Origin: Chamaesiphon sp.
GTDB lineage: Bacteria > Cyanobacteriota > Cyanobacteriia > Cyanobacteriales > Chamaesiphonaceae
DNA length: 64,000 nucleotides
NCBI GenBank assembly: GCA_965246735.1
Contig: CBDFFK010000002.1
Coordinates: 131,855 to 195,854 of the forward strand
Reading direction: 5' to 3'
Shown: positions 1-11,600 of the stretch, piece by piece
Layout of the letters: each line of letters begins with the position of its first letter
How positions within the stretch are numbered: position 1 is the stretch's first letter
The notes under the pieces: model-generated
Told to the model about the DNA's origin: nothing
Databases searched by the model: none
The model's input: the letters and a program-made list of their open reading frames with translations, nothing else
Position numbers and translations under genes: made by a program

Positions 1-197
1 TAGTTGCACTCGGATTTGTAATTCCTAACATACTCGATATAATATTTTCCCCCATTGTTATGATATTTGTCGGTTGGCATACAATGCACCTGCTCTGGGC
101 TAACGCAGTATCACTACTACCACTTTACATGATTTCTACTGGCATTATCTGGTTTGTCGAATCTTGTAGATCGCTCGTTTAAGTGGTAAACATCGCT

Positions 198-342
198 AGT
201 TCGGGTTAATGATATTTGCTTCGTTCTGGCACAGCAATCGATTGTGTCTTGTTGCGCTGCTTGGTTCGCTTTTCGCGTCGGATAATGGATCGATCGACGA
301 TCGACTTGTTTGGCGTGCCAGTAGGGATCGCAAGTTGTATCG
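198..342 (+). repeat. Partial copy of the AGTTCGGG-ended dispersed repeat family
   Basis: agttcgggttaatgatatttgcttcgttctggcac matches the reverse complement of the 21215-21388 right end; gattgtgtcttg and gttgtatcg match the reverse complement of 42875-42961. Confidence 0.6.
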
Positions 343-446
343 CCCGACCCTTCTAAAGTCTGGGAAAAACGTTTAAGGTATAGAGATAGCTGCATCGTGC
401 TATCAGATCGAGTTGCATCGATTGCTTATTTACTGCTGACGAAATA

Positions 447-3400
447 ATGGCTTTTTCTGCTCTGATTCGTACCCTCGAACGCTCTCAACTGGCTGCGGAA
501 CTGCTCGCAAAGCTCCAACAGCAGGGGCGGCTGCATCTAAGTGGCTTGCCACGTTTGCCGAAGGGTTTGGTGGCTTCGGCTTTAGCTCAGAGTTCGCACC
601 GCAATCTGTTGGTCGTAACGGCAACTGTCGAAGAGGCGGGGCGTTGGGCAGCCCAATTAGAGGCAATGGGTTGGCAAGCAGTACATTTTTATCCAACGAC
701 AGAATCATCGCCCTACGGCGCGAATAACCTCGAATCTGAGACGATTTGGGGACAGATGCAGGGCTTGGCAGAGATCGTATCCGCTGCCCCTCCCCTCGGT
801 GGAGAGAGCGGTAAGAAAATGGCGATCGTATGTACCACGCGCGCTTTGCAACCACAGTTACCCGCACCAGCTGACTTTGTGGCACGGTGTTTGACGATTC
901 GGGTGGGGGATGAAGGGGATGTCGAGGCGATTGGTACGCAGTTGGCAACATTGGGGTACGATCGCGTGCCGTTGGTTGAGACTGAGGGACAATGGAGTCG
1001 GCGCGGGGATATTATCGATATTTTTCCAGTCGCGGCGGAGTTACCCGTGCGGTTGGAGTGGTTTGGCGATGAATTGGATAAGTTGCGCGAATTCGATCCG
1101 GCGACACAGCGTTCGTTGGATAAGATTGAGAGTTTGACACTCACGCCAGTGAGTTTTGCAACAGTTTTTGAAGGGGATAATTCGAGTACGCGGTATTCGC
1201 TATTAGATTATTTACCAGCTAATTGCATCGTGGCGATCGATGAATTCGATCGCTGCTTGGCACATAACGATCGCTGGTGGGAATATATTCAAGAAGAGTG
1301 GGAAACTTTGCCACCCGATACCCCAATTTGGCATCGACAATTTGCCGAGCTTGATGCTGTCATCCGCGATCGATTTGCTGGTCTACAATTGGATGAATTA
1401 GCAATTAGTGGTGAAGGCTTAAATTTATCCTGTCGAGCGATTCCGACGATTCCGCACCAATTTGCCAAAGTTGCTGATACTTTGCGCGGCTATCATAAGC
1501 AAAATTTCACCAGTTGGTTGGTCTCTGCGCAACCTTCGCGATCGGCAGCACTATTACAAGAACACGATTGTCCCGCCCAATTTGTCGCCAACCCTCGCGA
1601 TTTTCCAGCGATCGATAAGTTGCAAATTCAGCATACGGCGGTGGCACTGAAATATTCGGGAGTAGCCGAGTTAGAAGGATTTATTCTGCCAACTTTTCGG
1701 ATGGTCTTAGTGACCGATCGGGAGTTTTTTGGACAGCAATCTTTAGCGAGTTTTAGTTACGTTCGCAAACGCCGTCAGGCTGCTTCCAAACTAGTCGATC
1801 CGAATAAATTGCAACCAGGTGATTATGTCGTGCATCGCAATCATGGGTTGGGTCGATTCGTGAAGTTTGAGAGTATCGCTACCGACGATGCGCTGCGGGA
1901 TTATTTGACGATTCAATATGCCGATGGTTCGTTGAAAGTGCCTGCCGATCAGGTGGGAGTATTGTCACGGTTTCGTCAAGCTGCGGGGGCAAAACCCGAA
2001 TTAAATAGATTATCCGGTCAAGCTTGGGAAAAGACTAAGGCAAAAGTTAAGAAATCGATTAAAAAATTAGCTTTCGATTTGCTGAAATTATATGCCGATC
2101 GAGCGCAGAAACAAGGATTTTCATTCCCACCCGATACCCCCTGGCAACAGGAATTAGAAGACTCATTCCGGTATCAACCGACTCCCGATCAACTGAAGTC
2201 TACGCAAGATGTCAAACGGGATATGGAAAGCGATCGACCGATGGATCGATTGGTGTGTGGTGATGTCGGTTTTGGCAAAACAGAAGTAGCAATTCGGGCG
2301 ATATTTAAAGCTGTTACGGCTAATAAACAGGTAATTTTTCTCGCGCCGACGACAATTTTAACCCAACAACATTATCACACGCTCAAAGAACGATTCGCAC
2401 CTTATCCAGTGAATGTCGGATTACTCAATCGGTTTCGGACTACGGAAGAACGTAAAGCTATTCTCGAACGTCTCAAAACAGGTGAATTAGACATCGTTGT
2501 CGGCACCCATCAACTATTGAGTAAAGAGTTAAAGTTTAAAGATTTAGGATTATTAGTCATCGATGAAGAACAAAGGTTTGGTGTAAATCAGAAGGAAAAA
2601 ATCAAAACGCTCAAAAGTCAAATCGACGTACTTACACTCTCAGCTACGCCGATTCCGCGTACCCTCTACATGTCTCTTTCCGGAGTACGGGAAATGAGCT
2701 TAATTACCACGCCGCCGCCATCGCGCCGACCGATCGCGACCCATTTATCACCCTATAAATTAGACGCGATCGCCACAGCAATTCGTCAAGAACTCGATCG
2801 CGGCGGACAGATATTTTACGTAGTACCGAGAATCGAAGGGATCGAAGAAATTGCCGCCAAAATTCACGAGCAAATTCCCTCTTGTCGAATCGCGATCGCG
2901 CACGGCCAGATGGAAGAATCGGAGCTAGAATCGACGATGTTGACCTTTAGTAATGGCGATGCTGACTTACTCGTATGTACCACGATTATCGAGTCGGGAT
3001 TGGATATTCCCCGCGTGAATACGATCGTGATTGAAGATGCTCATCGTTTGGGCTTGGCGCAATTATACCAACTGCGCGGGCGCGTCGGACGGGCGGGAAT
3101 TCAGGCGCATGCGTGGCTGTTTTATCCCAAGGAGACAACACTCTCCGAGCAAGCCAGACAGCGGTTGAAGGCGATTCAAGAGTTCACCCAGCTCGGATCT
3201 GGCTATCAGCTCGCTACCCGCGACATGGAGATCCGAGGCGTGGGAAATCTCCTCGGCGCGGAGCAGTCGGGACAGATGGATGTCATCGGGTTTGACTTGT
3301 ATATGGAAATGTTGCAAGAAGCGATTAAAGAGATTCGCGGACAGGAAATTCCGCAGGTGGACGATACTCAGATCGACCTCAAAGTTACGGCGATGATTCC

Positions 3401-3827
3401 GGCTGATTATATTTCCGATCTGGAGCAAAAAATGAGTGCTTATCGTGCCGTTGCTGCCGCAGATACGAAAGAAGAACTGGTAAATATTGCGGCGGGATGG
3501 CACGATCGATATGGCGAAATTCCCAAGCCAGCGCAACAATTATTCCGCATCGTCGAACTCAAGCAAATTGCCAAACAACTGGGATTTAGTCGGATCCGTC
3601 CCGATGGCAAACAGCACGTTATTTTAGAAACGCCGATGGCTGAGCCAGCCTGGAATTTACTTGCAGAATATCTGACAGATAGCGTGCGATCGCGGTTTGT
3701 TTATAGTCCTGGCAAGGTGACGGCTAGAGGATTAGGCGTATTGCGTCCCGACGAACAAGTAGAAAATTTAATTGGAACTTTGAGTAAAATGCAAGGTGTA
3801 TTGATGGCTGAAAAGTCACTGGAATAA
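447..3827 (+). CDS. mfd: Transcription-repair coupling factor
   Basis: UvrB-homology region ([12 protein letters not shown]), CarD-like RID ([12 protein letters not shown]), SF2 helicase motifs ([25 protein letters not shown]), TRCF C-terminus. Confidence 0.97.
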   Translation: MAFSALIRTLERSQLAAELLAKLQQQGRLHLSGLPRLPKGLVASALAQSSHRNLLVVTATVEEAGRWAAQLEAMGWQAVHFYPTTESSPYGANNLESETIWGQMQGLAEIVSAAPPLGGESGKKMAIVCTTRALQPQLPAPADFVARCLTIRVGDEGDVEAIGTQLATLGYDRVPLVETEGQWSRRGDIIDIFPVAAELPVRLEWFGDELDKLREFDPATQRSLDKIESLTLTPVSFATVFEGDNSSTRYSLLDYLPANCIVAIDEFDRCLAHNDRWWEYIQEEWETLPPDTPIWHRQFAELDAVIRDRFAGLQLDELAISGEGLNLSCRAIPTIPHQFAKVADTLRGYHKQNFTSWLVSAQPSRSAALLQEHDCPAQFVANPRDFPAIDKLQIQHTAVALKYSGVAELEGFILPTFRMVLVTDREFFGQQSLASFSYVRKRRQAASKLVDPNKLQPGDYVVHRNHGLGRFVKFESIATDDALRDYLTIQYADGSLKVPADQVGVLSRFRQAAGAKPELNRLSGQAWEKTKAKVKKSIKKLAFDLLKLYADRAQKQGFSFPPDTPWQQELEDSFRYQPTPDQLKSTQDVKRDMESDRPMDRLVCGDVGFGKTEVAIRAIFKAVTANKQVIFLAPTTILTQQHYHTLKERFAPYPVNVGLLNRFRTTEERKAILERLKTGELDIVVGTHQLLSKELKFKDLGLLVIDEEQRFGVNQKEKIKTLKSQIDVLTLSATPIPRTLYMSLSGVREMSLITTPPPSRRPIATHLSPYKLDAIATAIRQELDRGGQIFYVVPRIEGIEEIAAKIHEQIPSCRIAIAHGQMEESELESTMLTFSNGDADLLVCTTIIESGLDIPRVNTIVIEDAHRLGLAQLYQLRGRVGRAGIQAHAWLFYPKETTLSEQARQRLKAIQEFTQLGSGYQLATRDMEIRGVGNLLGAEQSGQMDVIGFDLYMEMLQEAIKEIRGQEIPQVDDTQIDLKVTAMIPADYISDLEQKMSAYRAVAAADTKEELVNIAAGWHDRYGEIPKPAQQLFRIVELKQIAKQLGFSRIRPDGKQHVILETPMAEPAWNLLAEYLTDSVRSRFVYSPGKVTARGLGVLRPDEQVENLIGTLSKMQGVLMAEKSLE

Positions 3828-3854
3828 TTAAAGCTACGTAGGTTCTAGGCGGTT

Positions 3855-4508
3855 TCAATCGTTGGCCACTATTTCAACGGTTGAAACCTGTTCGACTTCC
3901 TCATCCTCGCTGGGATTGAGGCTTTCTTTGAGGGCGACTAATAGAGCTTGTGGATCGATCGGTTGTTGCATTTCTTCAGCTTCTGGATCGACACGATTGC
4001 GGACGTTGGGTAAATCGGCGCGGAGTTCTTCGACGAGGGCAATGAGTTTAACGATCTTTTGTTCGGTGAGGAGATCGAGTTGGAGCATCAGGTGCGAGCG
4101 TTCTTCGGCGATTTTTTCCTGGCGGGTTTGATAGACGAGTACGCCAGTCGAAATCAATAATGCCGCGATATCGAGACCTTCATCGCGCAGATTCAATCTC
4201 GGGAAATCTACAGGCAATGTGCCGGAATCAGCTAATTGAGAGCAAATCCACCATGCGGTAAAGAACAGAATTTGCCCATAGAGAAATTTAGGATGACCGA
4301 AACTCGTCGCTACTCGTTCTAGAGTCCGATGGTGCGCGGGAATGTTTTTGCCATCTTCGGTTTCTAATTGGATAATCGTCTCGATATTTTGGCGAACGGG
4401 TTCTGGCAAGGATTCCAGCTTTTCGCGCTCGTCCTGACTGACGTTATAAGTAGTTGTGGTAGAGCGTTGGATTCCGAGGAGTGGCTCTGATTGAGTATTT
4501 GCCTTCAT
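3855..4508 (-). CDS. DUF1003 membrane protein (paralog 1)
   Basis: Two hydrophobic segments and DLLTEQKIVKLIALVEELR motif; start moved to MKANT (4508) because the longer ORF overlaps the upstream paralog. Confidence 0.72.
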   Translation of the reverse strand: MKANTQSEPLLGIQRSTTTTYNVSQDEREKLESLPEPVRQNIETIIQLETEDGKNIPAHHRTLERVATSFGHPKFLYGQILFFTAWWICSQLADSGTLPVDFPRLNLRDEGLDIAALLISTGVLVYQTRQEKIAEERSHLMLQLDLLTEQKIVKLIALVEELRADLPNVRNRVDPEAEEMQQPIDPQALLVALKESLNPSEDEEVEQVSTVEIVAND

Positions 4509-4587
4509 CGCAATTTTTCTGTAATAAGTTCGATCGATTGTGGTGGAGCGATCGTGGCAAAAGTAGGCTCGATCTTCCGGTGGTATT

Positions 4588-5286
4588 TTAACCAAGAAAT
4601 TGGGATGGATCGGATCGTTCGGTGAGTTCTGCTGCCGTTTCACTAGGCGGGTGAGGTGTTTCGGCGCGATCTTCGCCTTCGTCTGGGTTGAGGCTTTCTT
4701 TGAGGGCGACTAATAGAGCTTGTGGATCGATCGGTTGTTGCATTTGCTCGGCTTCGCTATCCTGACGATTGCGGACGTTGGGTAAGTCGGTACGGAGTTC
4801 TTCGACGAGGGAGATGAGTTTGACGATTTTTTGCTCGGTGAGGAGGTCGATCTGGAGCATGAGGTGCGATCTTTCTTCGGCAAGTTTTTCTTGGCGGCTT
4901 TGATAGACGAGTACGCCAGTGGTAATTAGGAGCGATGATACGCTCAATCCATCGGATCGCAGATTGAATTTTGGGAAGTTTTTGGGCAAGATGCCCAGGC
5001 TGGATAAATGGCTACACAGCCACCAACTGCTAAAGAGAATGAGTTGTCCGTAGAGAAATCGAGGATGGCCGAAGCCTGCGGCGAAGCGTTCGATCGCTCG
5101 GTGATGGACGGGAATATTTTTGCCGTGTTCGGTTTCGAGTTGGATGATGGTTTCGATGTTTTGCCGCACTGGTTCGGGTAATGATTCTACATCGCGATCG
5201 GTATTTTCATTGGTATATGCTGCGCTGGTGGGGGTGGCGCGTTGGATTTCCAATAGTTTTTCCGGTTCGCGATCGATTTTCATCAT
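4588..5286 (-). CDS. DUF1003 membrane protein (paralog 2)
   Basis: Same architecture and high identity to 3855-4508. Confidence 0.72.
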   Translation of the reverse strand: MMKIDREPEKLLEIQRATPTSAAYTNENTDRDVESLPEPVRQNIETIIQLETEHGKNIPVHHRAIERFAAGFGHPRFLYGQLILFSSWWLCSHLSSLGILPKNFPKFNLRSDGLSVSSLLITTGVLVYQSRQEKLAEERSHLMLQIDLLTEQKIVKLISLVEELRTDLPNVRNRQDSEAEQMQQPIDPQALLVALKESLNPDEGEDRAETPHPPSETAAELTERSDPSQFLG

Positions 5287-5336
5287 CTTTGCTTGTGCTT
5301 TGTTTCTCGCTGGGATCTCCCTTTTAGGCCATTTTC

Positions 5337-5573
5337 GGACTAGTGCTTTCCTGGAGGTTGCTAGTAGGTGAAACTCTGACTAGTGCTTTTCTGGAGGTTG
5401 CTAGTAGGTGAAACTCGGACTAGTGCTTTCCTGGAGGTTGCTAGTAGGTGAAACTCGGACTAGTGCTTTCCTGGAGGTTGCTAGTAGGTAAAACCCGGAT
5501 CTGGGGGAGGCTTCCCCCAGACCCCCCGTTGAAGGGCGGGGTGCCGCCCCTCAAACTCCCCTGCACAAGGGTT
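5337..5573. repeat. 4x40-bp tandem array followed by a GC-rich hairpin element
   Basis: Unit ggactagtgctttcctggaggttgctagtaggtgaaactc at 5337, 5377, 5417, 5457; then ctggggga-ggct-tcccccag etc. Single-unit homolog in reverse at 14902-15017. Confidence 0.92.
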
Positions 5574-5754
5574 GATTTGTGGGCAGCGTGGAGCGCTTCG
5601 CATTAGTGCTGAATGTCAGTTGTTGGTGGAGTGGGGTGGGGTTGCAGCTTTCGCTGCTGCCTGATTTGGGTTTCTAATATCGATCGATACAATAGCGGAA
5701 AGACGTTCCAGAGGAACGTCTCTACTAATTAGGGACAGCAAGATTCTTGCTCTC

Positions 5755-5790
5755 CCTACCCACTACCCACTACCCACTATTCCCTTCCCC
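5755..5790. repeat. STRR-like heptamer tract (cccacta)n; similar tracts near 26060-26095, 35676-35712, 45085-45137
   Basis: Short tandem heptamers (cccacta, ccctatc/ccctaat, ccactag, ggggcta) next to gene ends, a known cyanobacterial repeat type. Confidence 0.7.
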
Positions 5791-6506
5791 TACCCAATCA
5801 ATCCCGATCGCAAGGCTCTGACGGCTGCTTCGGTACGGTCGTCGGCGCAGAGCTTGCCGAGAATGTTTCTAACGTGGGTTTTGACTGTGCCGGCGGTGAT
5901 GAATAATTTTTCAGCGATCGCGACGTTGGTACAACCGCCGACCATTAGTTCTAGTACTTCTAGTTCCCGTTCGGTTAAGGGGTAAGTGGCTAGAATATCT
6001 TGATATTCGGATTCGACGGCTTTGATTTCGATCGTGCGTTGGCCTTCGCTTTTGGAGATCGGCATCCCGCGTCGCATTTGGCGGAGGACGATATTGGCGA
6101 TCGCTGGATCGATCCAGGGGTGGCCGCTGTGGGTTACGCCGACGGCTTCGACGAGTCGATCCATACTGGCATCTTTCATGCAATATGAGTCGGCACCAGC
6201 CGCAAATGCTGCCAAGACAGCTTCTTCGCTACCTTGCATCGTGAGGACGATCGTTTTGGTGGCGATCTCCTCGTGTTGGGCTTGGTATTCCCGAAATTGA
6301 CGGATCATTTCGATCCCGTCCATGCCTGGCAAGCCGATATCGACGATCGCGACATCAGGTGGTGTGCTTTGCAACAGTTTTAAGCCTTGGTTGCCATTTG
6401 CGGCTTCGCCAAGCACCTTAATTCCGGGATGGCTTTGCAAGACAGCACGCAAGCCGATCCGCACGACATCATGATCTTCTACTAGTACAACGGTAATATC
6501 GCTCAT
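5790..6506 (-). CDS. NarL/LuxR-family response regulator
   Basis: REC domain (VEDHD, DVAIVDIGLPGMDG) plus LuxR HTH (LTERELEVL...TVKTHVRNILGKL). Confidence 0.93.
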   Translation of the reverse strand: MSDITVVLVEDHDVVRIGLRAVLQSHPGIKVLGEAANGNQGLKLLQSTPPDVAIVDIGLPGMDGIEMIRQFREYQAQHEEIATKTIVLTMQGSEEAVLAAFAAGADSYCMKDASMDRLVEAVGVTHSGHPWIDPAIANIVLRQMRRGMPISKSEGQRTIEIKAVESEYQDILATYPLTERELEVLELMVGGCTNVAIAEKLFITAGTVKTHVRNILGKLCADDRTEAAVRALRSGLIG

Positions 6507-6672
6507 TTATTTAAGGTCATATCTTCATACCTTTGAAGGTAGTTAATTCCTGGAATTATTGCTAGTATGCGCTCGAAATTCTCTAAATAAAATCTACCTT
6601 GTGGGGGATGTCAATTTCTCCCTGGGAATAGATGCTCGATCTATATAGAAGTAGCCTCACGGTTATTAAAAT

Positions 6673-8405
6673 CCTACATTCAGCAGGTTGTTCACGACAA
6701 AAAATAATATTTGCGAGAGGAAACACCAAGAAATTGCAGAATAAGAAGTTGTCGTGCAGAGAGCTTGATCTGGAACTTAATGTCGTCAAGAAAAACTAAA
6801 TGGACAGAAAGAAAGCACTGAAGTATCCAGCGCAAGGTTGGACGAACACTCGGTTTACCCTTTTGGTCAGGTAAAGTGGCACTAGCCTGTTGTAATGCCA
6901 GTCTGAGTTGACGTTGCCCCAAACTATAAACCATCAATGCTAAGGTCATGAGCATAGCTAGAGCCATAATTCTTTTGGTATTTTTGAGGAAAATACTAGA
7001 AGCAAAAAACAAAGGGTCTTTGAGAAAACGAAATCCTCGCTCAGTGGGTTGTTGACCTTTGTATTCGCGCAAGATGTTGCTATCTGACCATTTTTGGTCA
7101 TCAAGCGAGTTAGTAGCAAGAACAAAACGGCCAGCTTTTTGCCGAAGTGTGGCTAAGGCCAAAGAATTCTCCACGAGACTTGCTCGAATATGAAAAGAGT
7201 GATGAGTGGGTTTTTGGCTAAGACTAGGACGACCTTTTTGGGCATAATGCGCTTGAGCTAAAACTTGCAATTCATCAATATTATGATATTTAAGTGTTTT
7301 TTTGAACTCATTCATTGCACTTATGGCATCCGATTCACAAGCAAATTCTTTATTCATTAAACTATCAAGTTTTTTCTCTTTCTCTTTCAATAACTTCTCA
7401 ATCTTTTTGGCAGAACTTTTCAAATCTGATTCCATCCGTTGCCGACTTTCGACTACCACCCATTGCTGATTAACACCTGCATAATTACTGCAAACAGTAC
7501 AAAAGCGGTATCCTTTATCATCGGATTCGGTAAACTGCTCAGGCAATAGTTTCTCTGTTAGTTCCTGTGCAGCTTTTATTGTTTCTGGTACTCGACTAAT
7601 CCATTTGATACTATCACCAAAATCTTTGATATTTGGTTCATTATAAAATGCTGCATCCATTGTGAATAAATCAATCTGTTCTCCTTGCCATTGTGAACGA
7701 AATGCTTTAATCACTTCAGGGAAAGCACTTTGATCTGCTGTATTCCCATTCCCTACATTCATGAATAATGGTATTCCTTCTTCTTCACTTGTCAGCAAAT
7801 GCAGTGTGAATTGCTTCAAGTCTGGGCGATGGTCTCGCGAATATCCTTGTGTTATTGTGATTCCTATTGGTTCTGATGATTCATTCTCTACTAAAGTCTC
7901 GTCTTCTCCTTCTATTCTGTATTGCCCATCTACCGAAATACTGGTACCATCAAGATGTCCATTCTTACTGCTAATCCCAAACTTATTAGCCATCTCTGAT
8001 GCTATTTTCACAAAAAGCAATGTAATTCCATATCCATATATTTGATCCATTACTCTTCCCAGCCTACTTTCATTTAAGTACTCTGCTTTTACTCCTTTGC
8101 CAATTAGGTGCTCAGTAGCTTTTCCTGTGAAAAACTCACTGAATAAATATAATGGAGCGGTTAAGAAACCCATACAGTTCAAAATCATCGCTTTCACTGC
8201 TTGCCCCGCACTCACCTTCTCTTGTGGATGGCTTCCTAGCTCTCGATCGATTATCTCTACTATTCCAATATCATCGATGATTGCCGCAATTATACCTAGG
8301 TGGTCTATGTCTTGTACCTCGATCTTATTGCTTGGCGACATTTGACTCCTCTGAACTCGCTTTAATAAAAATACTTTATTTTAAATCTAACCTGCTGAAT
8401 GTAGG
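6673..8405 (-). mobile_element. Complete IS1634-family insertion sequence
   Basis: Perfect 17-bp TIRs cctacattcagcaggtt (6673-6689, 8389-8405), 6-bp direct repeat TAAAAT (6667-6672, 8406-8411), AT-rich, intact transposase. Confidence 0.93.
6692..8341 (-). CDS. IS1634-family DDE transposase
   Basis: DIDHLGIIAAIIDDIG N-terminus, HLDGTS, GYSRDHRPDLKQ, ERGFRFLKDPLFFA motifs. Confidence 0.93.
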   Translation of the reverse strand: MSPSNKIEVQDIDHLGIIAAIIDDIGIVEIIDRELGSHPQEKVSAGQAVKAMILNCMGFLTAPLYLFSEFFTGKATEHLIGKGVKAEYLNESRLGRVMDQIYGYGITLLFVKIASEMANKFGISSKNGHLDGTSISVDGQYRIEGEDETLVENESSEPIGITITQGYSRDHRPDLKQFTLHLLTSEEEGIPLFMNVGNGNTADQSAFPEVIKAFRSQWQGEQIDLFTMDAAFYNEPNIKDFGDSIKWISRVPETIKAAQELTEKLLPEQFTESDDKGYRFCTVCSNYAGVNQQWVVVESRQRMESDLKSSAKKIEKLLKEKEKKLDSLMNKEFACESDAISAMNEFKKTLKYHNIDELQVLAQAHYAQKGRPSLSQKPTHHSFHIRASLVENSLALATLRQKAGRFVLATNSLDDQKWSDSNILREYKGQQPTERGFRFLKDPLFFASSIFLKNTKRIMALAMLMTLALMVYSLGQRQLRLALQQASATLPDQKGKPSVRPTLRWILQCFLSVHLVFLDDIKFQIKLSARQLLILQFLGVSSRKYYFLS

Positions 8406-8657
8406 TAAAATTTGACACGGTGGTGATTTGGGTAGAGGGCAAAGGTGATAAAGGCATTAGATGACCCTAAACTGTTTGGCCTTTACCTGTTTTTTTAGCC
8501 GCGATCCCCCAGTGGCGACCGCGAATTACGGTTGGTGGGGATAACCATGTTGCACTCAGGCTAAAAAAGGTTTAACACTAGTAAATTAGGCACACAAGGC
8601 GGGAAAGCTATATAGTGACTACCTTCGATCGAGATGAGTTAAGCTCAGGAGCGGACA

Positions 8658-11600
8658 ATGACGGAGTTTATTGCTAACCTAATGATGTCTGATTTATTTA
8701 TTCCACATGGGCATTGCTATTTGTGGAATACTGAGTTGGTCGGGTTGCATCTGGTGTCAGATCTGACGATCGCGATCGCCTACTTCTCGATTCCACTGAC
8801 GCTGTTTTATTTCGTCGAGCAGCGGGAGGATTTACCGTTTAACTGGATTTTTACGCTGTTTGGGGCGTTTATTATTTTGTGTGGTACCACTCACTTGCTA
8901 GAAGTGTGGACGCTGTGGCATCCCGTATATTGGCTCTCTGGTGCGGTGAAGGCGCTAACGGCACTCGTGTCGGCATATACGGCGATCGTCTTGGTGCGAT
9001 TGATTCCGCAAGCACTCAAGTTGCCGAGTCCAGCACAGCTAGAGGCTGCCAATCGCGAACTCCAACAGCAAATCCGCGATCGCGAGTTGGCAGAAGCGCA
9101 AATCCAGCAACTTAACGAGGAGCTAGAAGCTAGAGTAGCGGCGCGGACGCAAGAGCTGGCAGCTTCGACGCTCCAAGCTGGTGACTTGTCCGAAAGATTG
9201 TCACTCGCGATCGAGGCTGCGGGGTTGGGGATTTGCGACTGGAATATCATCACCAAAACCATCACCTGGAATCGTTATCACGAACTATTGCTCGATTATC
9301 AACCGGGGACGCTCGCTGAATATACTTACGAAGATTGGGAGCGCCGCGTGCATCCTGACGACCTCGCGAGAGTGCTGGCTGCGATCGATCTGGCGATGGC
9401 GGCACAAACCGACTACTCTTCAGAATATCGGGTCATTTGGGCAGATGGTAGCATCCATTGGCTCGATGGCTTTGGCAGATTTTACTACAATAGCGACGGT
9501 GTGCCGATCCGGATGACGGGTTTGGCCAAGGATATTACCGATCGCAAGCAAACCGAGCTGGCGTTGGCTGCAAGCGAGGAACGGCTCAAACTAACGATCG
9601 ATGCCGCCCGGATCGGGACGTTTGACTGGAATATCCTGACGAAACAAGTGACTTGGAATGACTATCATCGACTATTATTGGGGTATGGAGTTGAAATTCC
9701 AGCTTCCAATGCAGCATGGGCACAGCGGGTTCATCCTGAGGACTTGGCACGGGTGAGAACGACTGTCCAACTGGCACGGGATACGCATACCGACTATGCT
9801 TGTGAGTATCGAATTATTTGGGAAGATGGCAGCCCACACTGGCTCGAAGCCTTTGGTAAATTTTATTACGATCGCGACGATCGCCCGATTCGGATGACTG
9901 GCATTGTCAATGATATTACCGATCGCAAGCAAGCCGAACTCAGATTACAACAGAGCGAACGCCGCTATCGGGCACTGATCGAAGCGACCGCGCAAATTAT
10001 TTGGAGTACTGCTGCCAACGGTCATATTGTTGTCGAGCAACCGAGCTGGGGTGCATTTACCGGACAGAGTTTTGAAGAATATCGCGGTTGGGGTTGGAGT
10101 GCGGCATTTCATCCCGACGATCGCGCGCGGATCGATGAGTTGTGGTTGGCCGCTGTTAACAATTTGACAACTTTTGAAATGGAGCAACGGTTGCGGCGGC
10201 ACGATGGCGAATATCGCGACATGAGTGTGCGCGCCGTCCCAATTTTGGAAGGAGATGGTAGCGTCCAAGAGTGGGTTGGCGTGCATACCGATATTACCGA
10301 TCGCAAGCGAGATGAGACGAATCTCCGTCGAAGTGAGGAGTTCAATCGCCGGATTTTGGAAAATAATAAAGATTGTATCAAGGTTTTGGATCTTGAGGGT
10401 CGGCTCCTATATATGAACGATGGGGGTAAAAAACTGATGGAAATCAGTGATTTTGCTGAATACGATCGCGCGCTGTGGATGGAGTTCTGGGGGGGTGCCG
10501 ATCGCGAGTCTGCTAATTTAGCTTGGCAGGCAGCTAAGGCGGGTAATACCAGCAAGTTTGAAGGGCACTGTCCGACCGTGCTAGGTGTACCTAAATGGTG
10601 GCAGGTTACTGTCGCACCGATGTTTGACGATCGGGGTAATGTGGAGCAAATCCTCTCGATTTCTCACGATATTACCGATCGGATTCAGTCAGAACTGGCG
10701 ATTAGAGAAAGCGAAGAGCAATTTCGGAGCACTTTCGAGCAAGCAGCAGTTGGGGTCGCCCATGTAGATTTAGATGGTCGCTGGCTGTTGGTCAATCAAA
10801 GGCTATGCGAAATTGTCGGCTACTCTGAGACAGAGTTACTGGGCAATAACTTTCAAGACATCAGTTTCCCCGACGATATTCCCGCAGATCTGGAGTGCAT
10901 TCGTCAGATTCTTGCTGGGGAGATTCAGATTATTAAGTTAGAGAAACGCTATCTGCACAAGTCGGGTCGGCTCGTGTGGATCGGGCTGACGGCATCATTG
11001 CGGCGATCGGACGCAGGCGATCCAATGTATTTTATTGCCTCGTTTGAGGATATTAGCGCCCGCAAGCAGTCGGAATTCGATCTTCAAGCTCAAGCGGTCA
11101 AACTCGCCCAAACTACCGCCTTGGTCGAGCAACGCAATCAAGAGCTGGATCGGTTCGCCCATATCGTCTCTCACGATCTCAAAGCGCCATTGCGGGGGAT
11201 CGCCAATCTCTCAGAGTGGATCGCCGACGACCTCACCGATGAGGTCGATCCAGATATCCAAAAGAATCTGGAATTGATGAGATCGCGCGTGTATCGGATG
11301 GAAGCCTTGATTAATGGCTTGCTTCAGTATGCCCGCATCGGGAATACTGAGGAGAGTTTGGTGACATTTTCGATCCCACAGTTGCTCGATGAGATCGTGG
11401 ATTCGCTAAATCTGCCCGACGGCTTTGCGATCGAGCTACCCAGCGAGTTGCCGCCGATAACTACCAACCGGATCTTGTTAAGTCAAGTCTTGGCCAACCT
11501 GATCGGTAACGCCTACAAACATCACGATCGCGCTGAAGGTCGGATTCGAGTCACCGCCCAAGCGCGGTCTGACGATCTGTGGGAATTTACCGTCACGGAC

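Noticed and set aside
117-395. 92-aa minus-strand ORF
   Set aside because: Overlaps a repeat remnant and has no recognisable motif.
5337-5496. 4x40-bp array as a CRISPR array
   Set aside because: Units are contiguous with no unique spacers, and no cas genes are present.
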